From Paramecium tetraurelia (taxonomy: Eukaryota), in contig CT868096.1 of the NCBI GenBank assembly GCA_000165425.1, forward strand, positions 434,001-498,000: a stretch of 64,000 nt of DNA. The letters are read 5' to 3'. Shown piece by piece: positions 33,401 through 45,626 of this stretch (position 1 is its first letter; each line of letters opens with the position of its first letter). The notes below the pieces were generated by a model. The model was not told the origin of the DNA and made no database searches. It was given only the letters and a program-made list of their open reading frames with translations. The position numbers were made by a program, and so were the translations under genes.

Positions 33401-36400
33401 AGTTTTTAGAGATTTTAATTAGATCTTTTTAAGAAATCTTAAGAAATTATTAATAGCTGCATTAGTTGGAAAAACAAGCAAAATAAGTAAGTTTAGATAA
33501 AGCAAGGTGATTTATAGAAAGTAATTAACTAAATTTATAAAATTAGAACTATTATTTAAGAATTGATTATAATTTAACTTTACACTAATTAAAGAATGGT
33601 TAGAAAGCTCAGCAAAATTAACATAATACTAAAATTTACAAAATGGCAAAATTCATTTTTAATCTTTAAAAATTTTTAAATATGGGGTGGAATTGTTGAA
33701 ATTATAAGTTCGAAAGGTTTTTCTTTAATATTACAAATACAATTATTTTTTGACTTGTTTTAGTTAATAAAAATTTTTCAAAACATAGGTTCTTTTGTTT
33801 CTTGAAATTAAGATTTTGGAAGTAGAAGTAGAATAAAAATATGTCTGATATACAAAATATATTGTTGTTCAAACAAAGTAGGTAGGAATATGGTAATGGT
33901 CATCTTTATTTTCTTTTGTAAGTAAAACATAGAAATTATAATTCAATATTCAATCTAATCCAAAGATTTCTTGATGAATGGTAAAGTAGATGATAATTGG
34001 TTATTCATTTATTGTATTGATCAAGAAAAAAGGATGTGATTGTGATGTTTTTCTTATAAACTATTTAAAAGAATTCCACAATATGCCTATTGGATTCAAC
34101 TGGGTGTGTCAGGTGGTAATCAAATGTTTACACAATTCTATAATTTTGCCACTTCTTTTACTTGTGTTTAAGACTATTATCAAGAAAAAATACAAAAGCC
34201 TTGCCATCATAGTGCAGTTTTAACACCCTAGTTCATTAAATAAGGTGATAACAACAAACTTTACTATTCACACAACCTAATTGACTTTTAAAAGCTAAAA
34301 TTATTTTTACTCCCAATTGACCCTAATACTACAATAGTATCTGTTTTGTTGTGATAATCAGAAATCTTAATTTACTGATATTTGCCTATATCTATTTTGT
34401 ATTTTGTCCATTAGTTCTAATATTCAATCAGAAATATATAGTTATATTTAAATAAATTATTACAAAGCAAACGTATGAATTTAATCTTCTTGTGGTTTCA
34501 TAAAAATCGTTTATTTGCACTAATGATGAATGCTATATTAGAAAAATATTAATGGTGAGATAATAAATGTTGGTTAATTTAAAGACAACTTATAAGGCTT
34601 CTTATTTGTTCTTGATAATCGTCCTATACACAAGTAAAAAGAGTAGCAGAATTATACATTTGTTTACCACCATACACACCCAGTTTAACCCAATAGAAAG
34701 ACTGCGGAATACTTTTAAATAGTTTATTAGAAAAAAATCAAAAACACATATCCTAATGGATAAATTAATTAATCCCTAATGCATTACAGAGGAATAATTG
34801 AATAACTGCGTGTAACTTATTTTAAGATTTGCCTTAATATAATTGTTTTTCATTCATTTTTTAACGTATATTGTTCTTTTTGTATCATTAAATAGATTAT
34901 ACTTGTATCAATAATTGAAATTTGTACCTTCTGCTTTTAAGAAAAAATTAATTGCTGAAATGCTGTCGTTTTTATATTCCTCTTTTTTCAAAATTAACCT
35001 GTAACTGAATATTATCTTTCTTTTTTGTTTAAAACTTTGGATGCAGTTCAAACAAAAGGTAAAAAAGTATCAGCTGAATAAAATTTATTCATTTATTTTC
35101 AAAATGGTTTGTGGTTTTCTAAAGTAATTCTACAATGACATTCTGGATATATTAATTCCACATACCCTGATCTAAAAAAGTGTATATAATTTAAGAATTA
35201 AGGTTTAATAAAATCAATTTTGAAAACTAACTTTAAATAGATTTCATAAGTCAACCATAATTATTAATTACAAAACAATATTAAAAGCCGATCTAAAAGC
35301 ATGAAATATTTAATTAAAAAAAGCTTAAAATAAAACTATAGTAATTCGAAGCGTGTTTGATTCACTAATAAATACTTAACTTTTACGCCAATAGTTTAAG
35401 ATTTTTGTTAATAAATTCTATTGAGATTGAATCGATTTTTGAGTAAAGATTATTAAATTGTGAAAAGAAATTATTCTGTTCAATTTATTACTTATAAATT
35501 TATGGAAATTAAAATTTAGATCTCCATTTATCTTGAAATGGTAGGCTTGCTCAATAAAATAGTGGTATTTTAGTGACTTAATATAACTAAGGTCTATCAT
35601 TAAAATTTAGGTTGTTCTGTTAATAATTGTATTTTTATCTAATATTATGTATATTTTGCAAAATGAGATTGTAAATGTCATAAATTAAGGAAAAAAATTA
35701 TAACCCCAAACAATAACACATTGTATAAAATTAAATTACAAATCTTTCCCTTAAAAATTGTAAAATAACATTTTAAAATGGTATACTAAATAAATCAAAT
35801 AGTTATATTTTATTGTATAAAATTAGAAAAAGAGACTATTTCAACTCATTCATTGTTTTTATAAAAATTACACAAAAAGATAACTGATTTTGATAGATAT
35901 TTTGTATTAAATTGCGAATAATAGTAATAATATACAACACTTTTTAATGGTTTATAAGGTAAAATCACAAATAACATTTACAAACTTGATAAAGTTATAC
36001 AAAATTATTTTAAAAGCAATACAGATGAAGAATTAGATAGCCCTAATTATTCACAAATGCACACCACTTCTCAAGAAATTTTAGAATTCAAATTTCATTT
36101 GATTTTACTAGATATTATTGAAAAATTGACTTTTGTTTGAAAAATACTTATATGAATCTAACATGTTTAGCAATATTAAGATAGGTTAACAATTCAAAGT
36201 GATTTATTTATTTGTTTGTTTATGAATTACCCTATAGTGAATAATATAACATATTATTGGTTTTACATTTAAATATACATGTAAATGTCTAAATTAATTT
36301 ATTAAATAACCAACCATCAATACATAAGAATTTATTGTATAAGTAAATATTTCATCTGTAATATCCTTGATCTAGAAACAATTATCAATTCTTTTTGATA

Positions 36401-36922
36401 GAACAACCAAAACATTATTCACAGGTATGCTTAGAAATAATATGTCAAAAAAGCAAAAATTGATCCAGTGTTTCTGCTCTTATGAACTAATGTTTCGGTA
36501 CGAAAAGCCAGATTAATAATTTATTGATGCTAAAAATGGCTTTAATGCTTCATTTATTGTATATGAAACAAATGCTAATTATTGTGATATATCAAAAATC
36601 ACATTCAGGTCAGAATAAATGAAAGATCTAAGTTTTCCAAATGTTAATGATGTATGGGTGGAAACTATATATTAATGATGAAACTAAATGATTTTCTAGA
36701 TCTTAATCTTTAAAAACAAATAAATTAGAATCAAGTGTTGCTGTAATATGCAGCAAATAATCCTTTTGATGATAGATACAAAGTAAATCACCTCAAGAAT
36801 ATTAATGGTGGTTTGTAACTAACAGGATTAGCATGGATATCTAACATAAGAAAATTCATTATTACATTATTAAAAATAAAGAAAAAATATTGAATTAAGA
36901 TGATTGAATCCAATAAAGTATA

Positions 36923-38163
36923 TCACAAGCAATTTCGTATAATTCTAAGGAAGGAACTATAACATTCTATTACTCCATTTATGTTTTATTTTATATTTTA
37001 ATAAATCTAAACTAAGATTTAGTTTTCAAACTGCTGAATTTTCTGAAATAATTTCAATATTCTACTTATATATTTAATAGAAGAGGAGGTAAAACTTTAA
37101 ATGAACTATGCTTAGCGTTCATTCATTTCTTATTTATGGGACTCAAAGTCATGTTTTACAGAATGCAAAAGAGTTTGGAGATCTCTCATCGTTCGTATTT
37201 CTGGCAATATAAATGAGGTCTTTTCAAAATTAAATTTTCTAACAAATAAATCAATTAATTATTGAATTTTCTCATTGATAAATGAACTACTTTATTTTGG
37301 TTTCTTAGAGTTATTTTTTGACATCATTAGCCTCTCATTCAAAATATCCTCATACTTCAGTTCTGGTATAACTTATAAATCAAAATCTAATTCAAATAAT
37401 ATCACAATAATTAAGGCTAATCTTTGTTAATGGCATCTGAAAAGTAGGAATATTAGGTCTTTACAAAAGTTGAAACTTTCTAAAGCGATTTCTTTATCAA
37501 TTTTCAATTAATCTTCTCTTAATTACTTTACTTTTTCAAGCAATTCTGCACTCAAAGGCCAGCCTAATAGAAGTAAAAAAATATCTTACAAAGAGATTTT
37601 GTTTAAAATTTTATTGCTTAGATGCTGTTTTATTTAAATTATTCATTGTTCAAAAATTATAGAATGAAATTCTCTTAAAGCAATTCTGACGCTTAATCCA
37701 TTATATAATTGTAGAATCTCTTCAAAATTATGATATAAGTCTTTTATGTAGTACGTCTTTTATTAATTACACAAGTTATCTTTTGTAGACATTTTCCAAA
37801 GTAATTATTCAAATCTTATTTAGATAAATAAATACACTCTTTGCTTTATTGTTTTAAATCCTTAGCTTTTTATAGATGAAATAATTTTTGTTTTTTCACT
37901 TGTTGATCTATAGGATCAAATTCGCCAAAGGTTCTATTATTACAACCCAACTGAAAAAGTATTTCATATTAACAATTTAAATGACCATTCGATAATAAAT
38001 GATCATTCAATGCTTGTTCGATTGGTAATTTTGTTGGAAATATTAATTTTTGTTAACAAACTTGGCATTAATATTCATTCTCCGATATCTATAGGAAATA
38101 CTGCAATTTAGACTAATTTCTTTAACAATTCATGTTTTAAGGATTTAAATAATAATTATTCAT
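36923..38163 (-). CDS. ~404-aa protein with an N-terminal C2H2-like zinc finger and possible degenerate tyrosine-recombinase fold
   Basis: Intact frame from ATG 38163 to TGA 36923 after removing one 26-nt intron (37564-37589); YQCQVC...HLLSNGH near the N-terminus. Confidence 0.75.
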
Positions 38164-38772
38164 TAGCTAAATTTGAATTATAAATTAACTAGGAATATTT
38201 TAGTTGAAAAATGAATAATACAATATCCTCCATTCATTAAATAACAAACCTATGTAAATAAATATGTTAATGATTAGTGCAAGAATGATTTAATAAACAT
38301 AGTTATTAATATTTGCCATAATTGATTATCGATTAATGAATAATTTATTTATTTTTGAATTAGAAATAGAATCCTAAAACTGATCTAATGTAATAACTAG
38401 AACTTAATTATGAAATCATTATGTGAAATTTCAAGAAATACATATTTTCAAAAAATGTAGAATGAATGTTTCAGAAGCAAATGTAAAACCAAAAAAGTTA
38501 TCATACAATTTTGAAATTGTGTTGGTTTGAATTATATTTTAATTGTATATGAATGCGTTATTATTTGGGGCTTATCAGTGTTTTTTTCTTAAATTTATAA
38601 CATAGATTATAGATATATTTACGGTTGAACTTTCAGATAAATGGAGCAAATAATAAGACTGATTTATGTAGTGCTGGGCAATAGCCAATCTCATCTGCAA
38701 AATATAAATAATATTATATCAATATACAATAATTAACAGAAAAACTCATAATTTTAATTAATATATTTGAAA

Positions 38773-38816
38773 TATACTAAGTCAATAAAATACAACTATT
38801 TTATTGACTTAGTATA
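38773..38816. repeat. Perfect 20-bp inverted repeat with 4-nt loop, bounded by TA
   Basis: tatactaagtcaataaaata-caac-tattttattgacttagtata. Confidence 0.95.
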
Positions 38817-39380
38817 AAATATTAAATAATAACAATAATTATTATATAAAAAAATAAAAATTATAATTTATATTAAATTTGGGAAATCCATTAAATTGAT
38901 TGATTTGTGAACAAAACNNNNNNNNNNNNNNNNNNNNNNNNNNNNNNNNNNNNNNNNNNNNNNNNNNNNNNNNNNNNNNNNNNNNNNNNNNNNNNNNNNN
39001 NNNNNNNNNNNNNNNNNNNNNNNNNNNNNNNNNNNNNNNNNNNNNNNNNNNNNNNNNNNNNNNNNNNAGCCTATACATGATTCATCTTGACTTCACTTCG
39101 AATGATTTCATTACAGAATTGTTAACTAAGTTAAAAGACAAGACTTCAAAATAAAATGAAACTAGTTGAGGTATTGTCTAATTTTACAAATACCGCCTAG
39201 CCTCTTCCTTTACTATTGGATTCAGACATGTTTGATTGAATTATTTATCAGTGAAATTTTATTCTTTATCTTTTGAAATAAAATATTAAATAATAACAAT
39301 AATTATTATATAAAAAAATAAAAATTATAATTTATATTAAATTTGGTAATCCATTAAATTGATTGATTTGTGAACAAAAC
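38815..39380 (+). repeat. ~102-bp direct duplication flanking the assembly gap (38815-38917 and 39279-39380)
   Basis: Both copies read taaaatattaaataataacaat...ttgtgaacaaaac and differ only at gggaaatcc versus ggtaatcc. Confidence 0.95.
38918..39067. other. Assembly gap (N run)
   Basis: Run of N bases. Confidence 1.
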
Positions 39381-39499
39381 CAAAATATATTATCCAAAAT
39401 AATGTTGACTAACAAATCTAATTTATTAAATTAGAATTAAATATAAAAAGCTTTGTTCACAGATTGGATCAATCTTTATATACATTAAAATTAGATATT

Positions 39500-40104
39500 T
39501 TAAAAGTTAATTGCTTCAAATCCTATTCAAGCAGCAACTACTAACTTTTTAGTTTGTCAAATTTATTTTATTTATATGAGCGTTGACAGTTAGTAATTGT
39601 TTACTCAATAACATTTTCAACTTATTTGGCATTCTAATGATAATCCTCTTCAGATCTTATCAATAAGGCTATATACAATCTAGTTTGGCTTATAGTTGAG
39701 TATAATAATTGTCTTATTCATTTTGTAGCGCATTTTAATATTTTGAATAGTAGAATTTCACAGCACCATAATTTTCTTTTTGGGGTTGAAATTCTATTAC
39801 TGCATCGATTGCCTAAATTGAGACATAGATCTCATGGTACTAATAAATTTGGATGAATTAAACTCATTTCTCATTTCAACATTTGGTGATTAATTTAGCA
39901 CTACAATAGATTTCAAAGGACTCCCTTGAAAATCTAATGTAAATTTATCTAACATTACTTGAAACTGATGTTCTCTATTTGGATTTTGTTTACCCAAAAC
40001 TTATTTCTGAGTAGCCAAATTTATATTATTCTTTTTGTTTTACTAAGAAGCCTAGATAACAGAATTAACAAGTTTGATACTAATTTAAAGATAGTTTAAG
40101 CCAT
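39500..40104 (-). CDS. Hypothetical protein (3' end approximate)
   Basis: Open frame from ATG 40104 (MAQTIFK...REHQFQVMLDKFTLDFQGSPLKS); no domain recognised. Confidence 0.4.
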
Positions 40105-40384
40105 AAATTATTTTGATTTAAACTTATTGTGAATCTTTTATCTGTAATTTTGCGATTGTTATAACAGATATAAATTCATAAAAAATAAAATAATATTTAA
40201 GAATGATATTTCTATTCATATTGTAACCAATGACGAAATCAATTATTATTCGACTTTTAAACATATTCACAGAAAAACAATTTGAATAATAACAATATAA
40301 ACATACTTTGTAACAATATTGAAAAAATATATATTAAAAATTTTGATTAATAATATCATTGTTCAAAAATTAATTATTTATTTG

Positions 40385-41354
40385 ATGTCTATAATTGGAG
40401 TATTGGGTGGTATTTGTTCAGGAAAATAGTTATTTTGTTAGTTAATGAAAGAAATGTATGACTATTAAATAGTTTACTTTGATCAGGAAATTGATCTGAA
40501 TAAAACTGCTATGCAGATATATAATAACTGGAATACTCCTACAATTATCACAGCAATCACCACGAAGGAGCAGATACGAGTCTTGAAGAAAAGAAACTAT
40601 TTTCATTTAATATATTTGGACTCACCTTCATTTACAAGATATAGAAGATATTGTGAAAAGCATGAAATAATTAAGTTTGAAGATTTCGTGAGACTTGATG
40701 ATAAAGTATGAGAAATTTTCACTATATAAGCAAAAATATGATCTAGATTTCTTAGAGTTGTCAAAGAATTGCAAGGTTTATCTTAAAAATAATACAAACA
40801 CTTTTGAAGAATTCAGAAATTACTTGAAACAATAAATGGCTAAGATCATTAGACCATTTCGACCTGATTGGGATGTATATTTTATGAAAGTAAGATTATT
40901 AACATCATAGATTGCATATACAGTCAAATAAAGAAGCAATTGCATGAAAAAGAGTGTCGGGGCGGTGTTAATTAACAACAATAAAAGAATTTTAAGTACT
41001 TCTTATAATGGAACTCCAAAAGTGATGAAAAATTGTAATGAAGGAGGGTGTGATGTTTGCAAGGAATCATAAACTTTAGACTTGATTTTATATAAGTGTA
41101 TGTGCATTCATGCAGAAGAAGGATGCATCTTAGAATTAGGAATCACACAAACTAGAAATACTACTTTGTATACAACTTTGTTTCCGTGTGTTTGGTGTTG
41201 TAAAGCCCTTTTGTAAGCTGTATGATTTAGAAATTATTTTAAGGAAGTTTCAAGAATAGTTTATTGTGAATAAGGCAACTGGGATCTATCTTTAAAAATT
41301 ATATAAAATTTAATCAAATATGATTAGATAGATATTGAGCAATATATTTATTGA
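40385..41354 (+). CDS. DCTD: dCMP deaminase with an N-terminal P-loop kinase-like domain
   Basis: IIGVLGGICSGK, RPDWDVYFMK, RSNCMKKSVGAV, YNGTP, CIHAEE, PCVWC. Confidence 0.9.
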
Positions 41355-42112
41355 GTTTTTTACAAATTATAAACTATGGTAATAATAGTATTAAATATTA
41401 ATTGTAATTATTAATGAAAAAAAATAATTCAAGTGATAAAAAATCAAAAAATAATTTTATCAACCAAATTGTAAATAGGATTTGGAGTAAAAAAATGGAT
41501 AATAATAAAAAAATTAGAATGTATATATCCTGATCGGGTGAAAATTGAGAGGTAATGTTAATTAAATCTATCCATATAAGAGAGAACAATGAAAAGTTAA
41601 GAAATATTTTATAAATTCATGAGGAAGAATAATAATATTTTATTTGAATATTTTGATTAATTTGATATATTTGAGAATTTATTGGAAGAAAGATATTTTG
41701 CCATTCATCCAATATGATATTTCTATTTTATATGAGTCAAATGATAAGGTTAATAAAGTTAATTCCTATAATTCAATAAATATCATAAAAGGACTATTGC
41801 AATGGTACAATGAGTTAGATTAAACGCAGATAGAATTTCATTAGTATTGAATGTTATATTATATGAAGGAATAAATTGAAAGTAATTAGTGAGGGATATG
41901 TAAGGAAAATTAGGATATAAAACGTGAAATGAAATTAGTTACATCAAAAGTTTCTTTAGCTTTCCAAATTTTGAAAAGACTTAGGTTCATTACAATTAGG
42001 ATATTCTGTAATAATTTGTTTTAAATTGTTATAATAATAGTGAATTGTTAATATATATTTATATACAAAAATTAAGAATTTAGAAATTCATTAATAAAAA
42101 AAATCTTATTCA

Positions 42113-43159
42113 TTGGGTTATTTGAACGACAAAGGAGTAACTTATGATTACTATGAATCTCTGGCATTTTATAAGATGCTAAAGAAAAAGAAAGATTGCA
42201 ATTTTTGAGCTTGTTAAAAATTTTTGGGAAATTCTAATTACACAAAAATTAATTTGAATATCTCTCAGATCCAAATGTCAGATGGAGACCAAAATGTAGT
42301 TATTCTGGGGTGATGAATTTGAAGGTAATGTGATAAATTTGTATGATGATTAGAAATTAGCACTTTTGAGCCCTAATACTAGTAAACATTATAGAGATTA
42401 AAATAGGTGGCTTATTTCAAAGTTTAGGTGAAGAGCAATAGAAGAAGTTGCCATTTGTAATATTACCAGAATTTGTTGCTTGGATGATTGAATTGACTCC
42501 AAACAAACCTTATCAATGCATGTGCTTCAATTTCGATCAGGTGTCAATAAATATGAGAAAGAGAATTCAAACACTCTAAAGCTATCTACCACATGGTTTA
42601 TCATGATACTTATGATTGTTCGATTGTTCTTTACAGTAATTTATTAATTGTATTTTTAGAACTATATTCCTGTTAACTTTTATATGCCTTTATCCCTTGT
42701 TGATGAAAATAAGAGAAGATCAAAAGAAAAAGGAGCTATTTTAAATTAAAAATTCTATTTTAGGACTAATTTTTAAGAATTTGGTCCTGCTACTGTAGAA
42801 GAACTAACCTTACAAGAAATATTTTTTGGTAAATAAGACGGATCTTTTATTGGAATTGTAGGACTAATTCACTAAAATAGAAATGTTGTTAAAAAATAAT
42901 AATGTGCATAGAAAGAAGAACAGATATATCTAAAAAATAAAGTACTTCAAGATGAAGTCATGCAATTTGTAAAAAACAAAGTAATGGTACTACTAAGACG
43001 CTTGCTTCTTGGATGAGAGATTTTGTAACTTCACATCCAAATTATAATTAAGATCCAATAGTTACACATGAAATTAATTTTGATCTTATCAGAACACTCA
43101 CTGCAATTAAAGATAGGTAAAAGGAGGATCCTCACTTTCCCTTTATATTCATTATGTGA
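42113..43159 (+). pseudogene. GCLC: Glutamate-cysteine ligase catalytic subunit pseudogene with a large internal deletion
   Basis: FWGDEFE, PEFVAWMIELTPNKPY, then directly NFYMPLSLVDEN...KFYFR and TLASWMRDFVTSHPNYNQD. No ATG at the expected start; frameshifts present. Confidence 0.8.
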
Positions 43160-43645
43160 TTTTATATTTTAACTAAGGTTAACATTTTAAGAATTATCAT
43201 CAAACAAAAATATTAAATATTTTGTCATAATCTTAATCATCATCTTCTATTACTTTTCTTCAAAAGGTTAGCTCCAATTCAAAGAGAGTTTAATCTTCAT
43301 AGTCTATTTTTGCACTAAACATTTTACAATATTTTCTGTCAATTAATAGAGGATAATTTTTAAAGAATTTGAATTAATTATAAACTTAATTTTCAGTTAG
43401 ATATTTAGGAAAATATTTTGATTATAAATAATTTAAGTTATTAAATAAGTATAAATATAGCCTTAACAATGTGATACCTTCTTAAATTAAAAATATAAGT
43501 ATATATTAATTAAGTATTAATTGATAAAAATGAATTTATTGAATATTCTTAAATTTTCAACAATAATGCTGAAATCTTCAATAAATATTTGAAATTTATA
43601 TAATATATAATTCATAAAAGTAACATAGTAATACATATCAATACT

Positions 43646-44869
43646 TCACAATAAATTTTAAAAACTCTATTGGCTCTTGATTGTCCAACCACTTACTTTT
43701 CTTATTTATTATATCTATTCTTCAATTTTTTCATTTTTAATTGAATTTATAATTTTTACCTATTCACTTAAATAAATCGTTTGATTCAGTCTCTTTAATT
43801 TAAGACTTACTTATTCTTTATAAATAATTTAGTGATGTGATAAGCAACTTTGCATACTCTTATTCTTAGTTTGCTACGAATTATAATTTTCTTTAGGCCT
43901 AGATTTCTGAATATAAAATTTTCTTTCAGTTATATTGTTTACATATTTCTGATTATCCTAAAGTTACAATTCGATCGGTAATTAGTACTCAACACAAGGG
44001 ATGTTTTTTCGTATCCTTAAAGGAGAATTTTATTCATATGAGATCTCTGTTTATTATCTCAAAGGTTCTATAATTTAATCCATACAGGTATATGAAATTG
44101 GTGTAACTTAGGTTTTATTTCGAGTAATTTTATTTAATCTTAAAATTTTGGCTGCAAGAATTTGAGTATGATCCTTAGGTTCCAAATTTGAAGTTATAAA
44201 CTTCTTTTATAAATGATTATCTTCTTATTTTGTTTATGCTGCAGGTTTTAGATATTTGAATTAACTATTGCTTCTTTTTTTTGAACGTATCACATCTAAG
44301 ATCTGATGCATAGTAGTGATTTAAGGTTTATTTAATTTATAAGGTTTAAAATTGATTTTATTTTATCTTTGGTTGACAAATTCACGAGCTTTCCGATAAT
44401 TTTCCTCATACTGCATTAAATAACCAAAAATAATAATAATAATTAGTTTTCAACTAAGCATAACAAAACATCAATCATGAATACTGAGAGTATAGGCGGA
44501 GGCTTTATTATTGTTGTAGGAATACAATTCTCTAATTTCAGGATGAGATAGATTATTTTCATTTTTTTTTAATCCTTACTTTTAGAATATTTGAGGTAAC
44601 TTATTTATTTATCTTGGTCTAAAGAAGGCATCTTTAGCTCCTGTTAGTTTAAACTTTTTCTCGTTGTTATTTATACATTATGGATTTTTGTGGTTGTTTC
44701 CTAACTTAATCTTTGGTAAAACTAATTTAGGTTGATCATCTTCAATTTATGTTAGCACTCTTCTCCTTGTATTGTTAAATTAAGGAGTTTCCATATCATC
44801 AAGAGATATCGTTCTACTCTCTTCATATAAACTCGAGATTTTCGCTCTTTTTGGTATCATATTTTACAT
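43646..44869 (-). CDS. Hypothetical Q/K-rich protein
   Basis: Open frame MIPKRAKISSLYEESRTISLDDMETPQ... with a small intron; may be joined to the upstream ORF. Confidence 0.5.
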
Positions 44870-44899
44870 ATTATATTTTATTACATAATTATTTCCTTA

Positions 44900-45603
44900 A
44901 ATATTGATTTAAATGGTTTCCCTTTAGTTTCATAAGTCCCAACAGAGAGTGATTTCTAAAGCAAACTTTTAGTTTCTTTAATTAATTCATAACTGTGTCT
45001 TTAAGTGTATATATGAATTTTTAATTCTTTAATGAATTTTTTCCAATATAAACTGAATCATATGTTAACGATGATTATAAAATTTTAATTATATAACAAG
45101 ATCAATTTTTAACATTCATTTATAGTTTATTAGATTTCTTAACTATTTTTTATTCAACAACAGTTTTTATTTTATGAACTTAATTCTTAAAATTGACAAT
45201 TTGTGAATTTTATAAGGCTTTGCTCTACTTTGCCATCTAAATCATGGATTGTGTTTATTAAATTTGATCACTTTACTGTTAAATTAATTGTGAGTTTTCT
45301 AATGTCAATTAGTTATTCTCCTAATTAACCTTTTCTAAACGAATACGCAATAATTCTAACTTATAATCAAAACCATCTTTCATGTTTTAATGTTAAATTC
45401 TAGATTTTCTATTCAAAAATTATTTACTTTAAATCATCTAATTCTTCTTCCAATTAATGAATGTTATCTCTTGAGGATTTGGATCTCATCGTATTATATG
45501 ATTAGAATAGTTCTTTAAGCTCAAATTCCAATTTTAGATTTCTCTACTTCAGCTATTGTAATTCTGTTAATAAAATTGCTTTATCTTAATACATTTAATT
45601 CAT
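44900..45603 (-). CDS. Hypothetical coiled-coil protein (3' end uncertain)
   Basis: MNQMYQDKAILLTELQQLKQRNLKLEFELKE... heptad pattern. Confidence 0.5.
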
Positions 45604-45626
45604 TTAATGGAATTAATTAAAATTAA

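Noticed and set aside
38773..38816. Hairpin as a rho-independent terminator
   Set aside because: The context is eukaryotic, the stem is AT-rich and there is no U-tract.
40385..40720. P-loop plus deaminase as a novel or defence-related fusion
   Set aside because: An N-terminal kinase-like domain is already known in fungal-type dCMP deaminases, and nothing here indicates a new function.
41490..42000. Coding-like plus-strand stretch upstream of the GCL pseudogene
   Set aside because: Multiple TGAs and no recognisable domain; at most an unidentifiable remnant.
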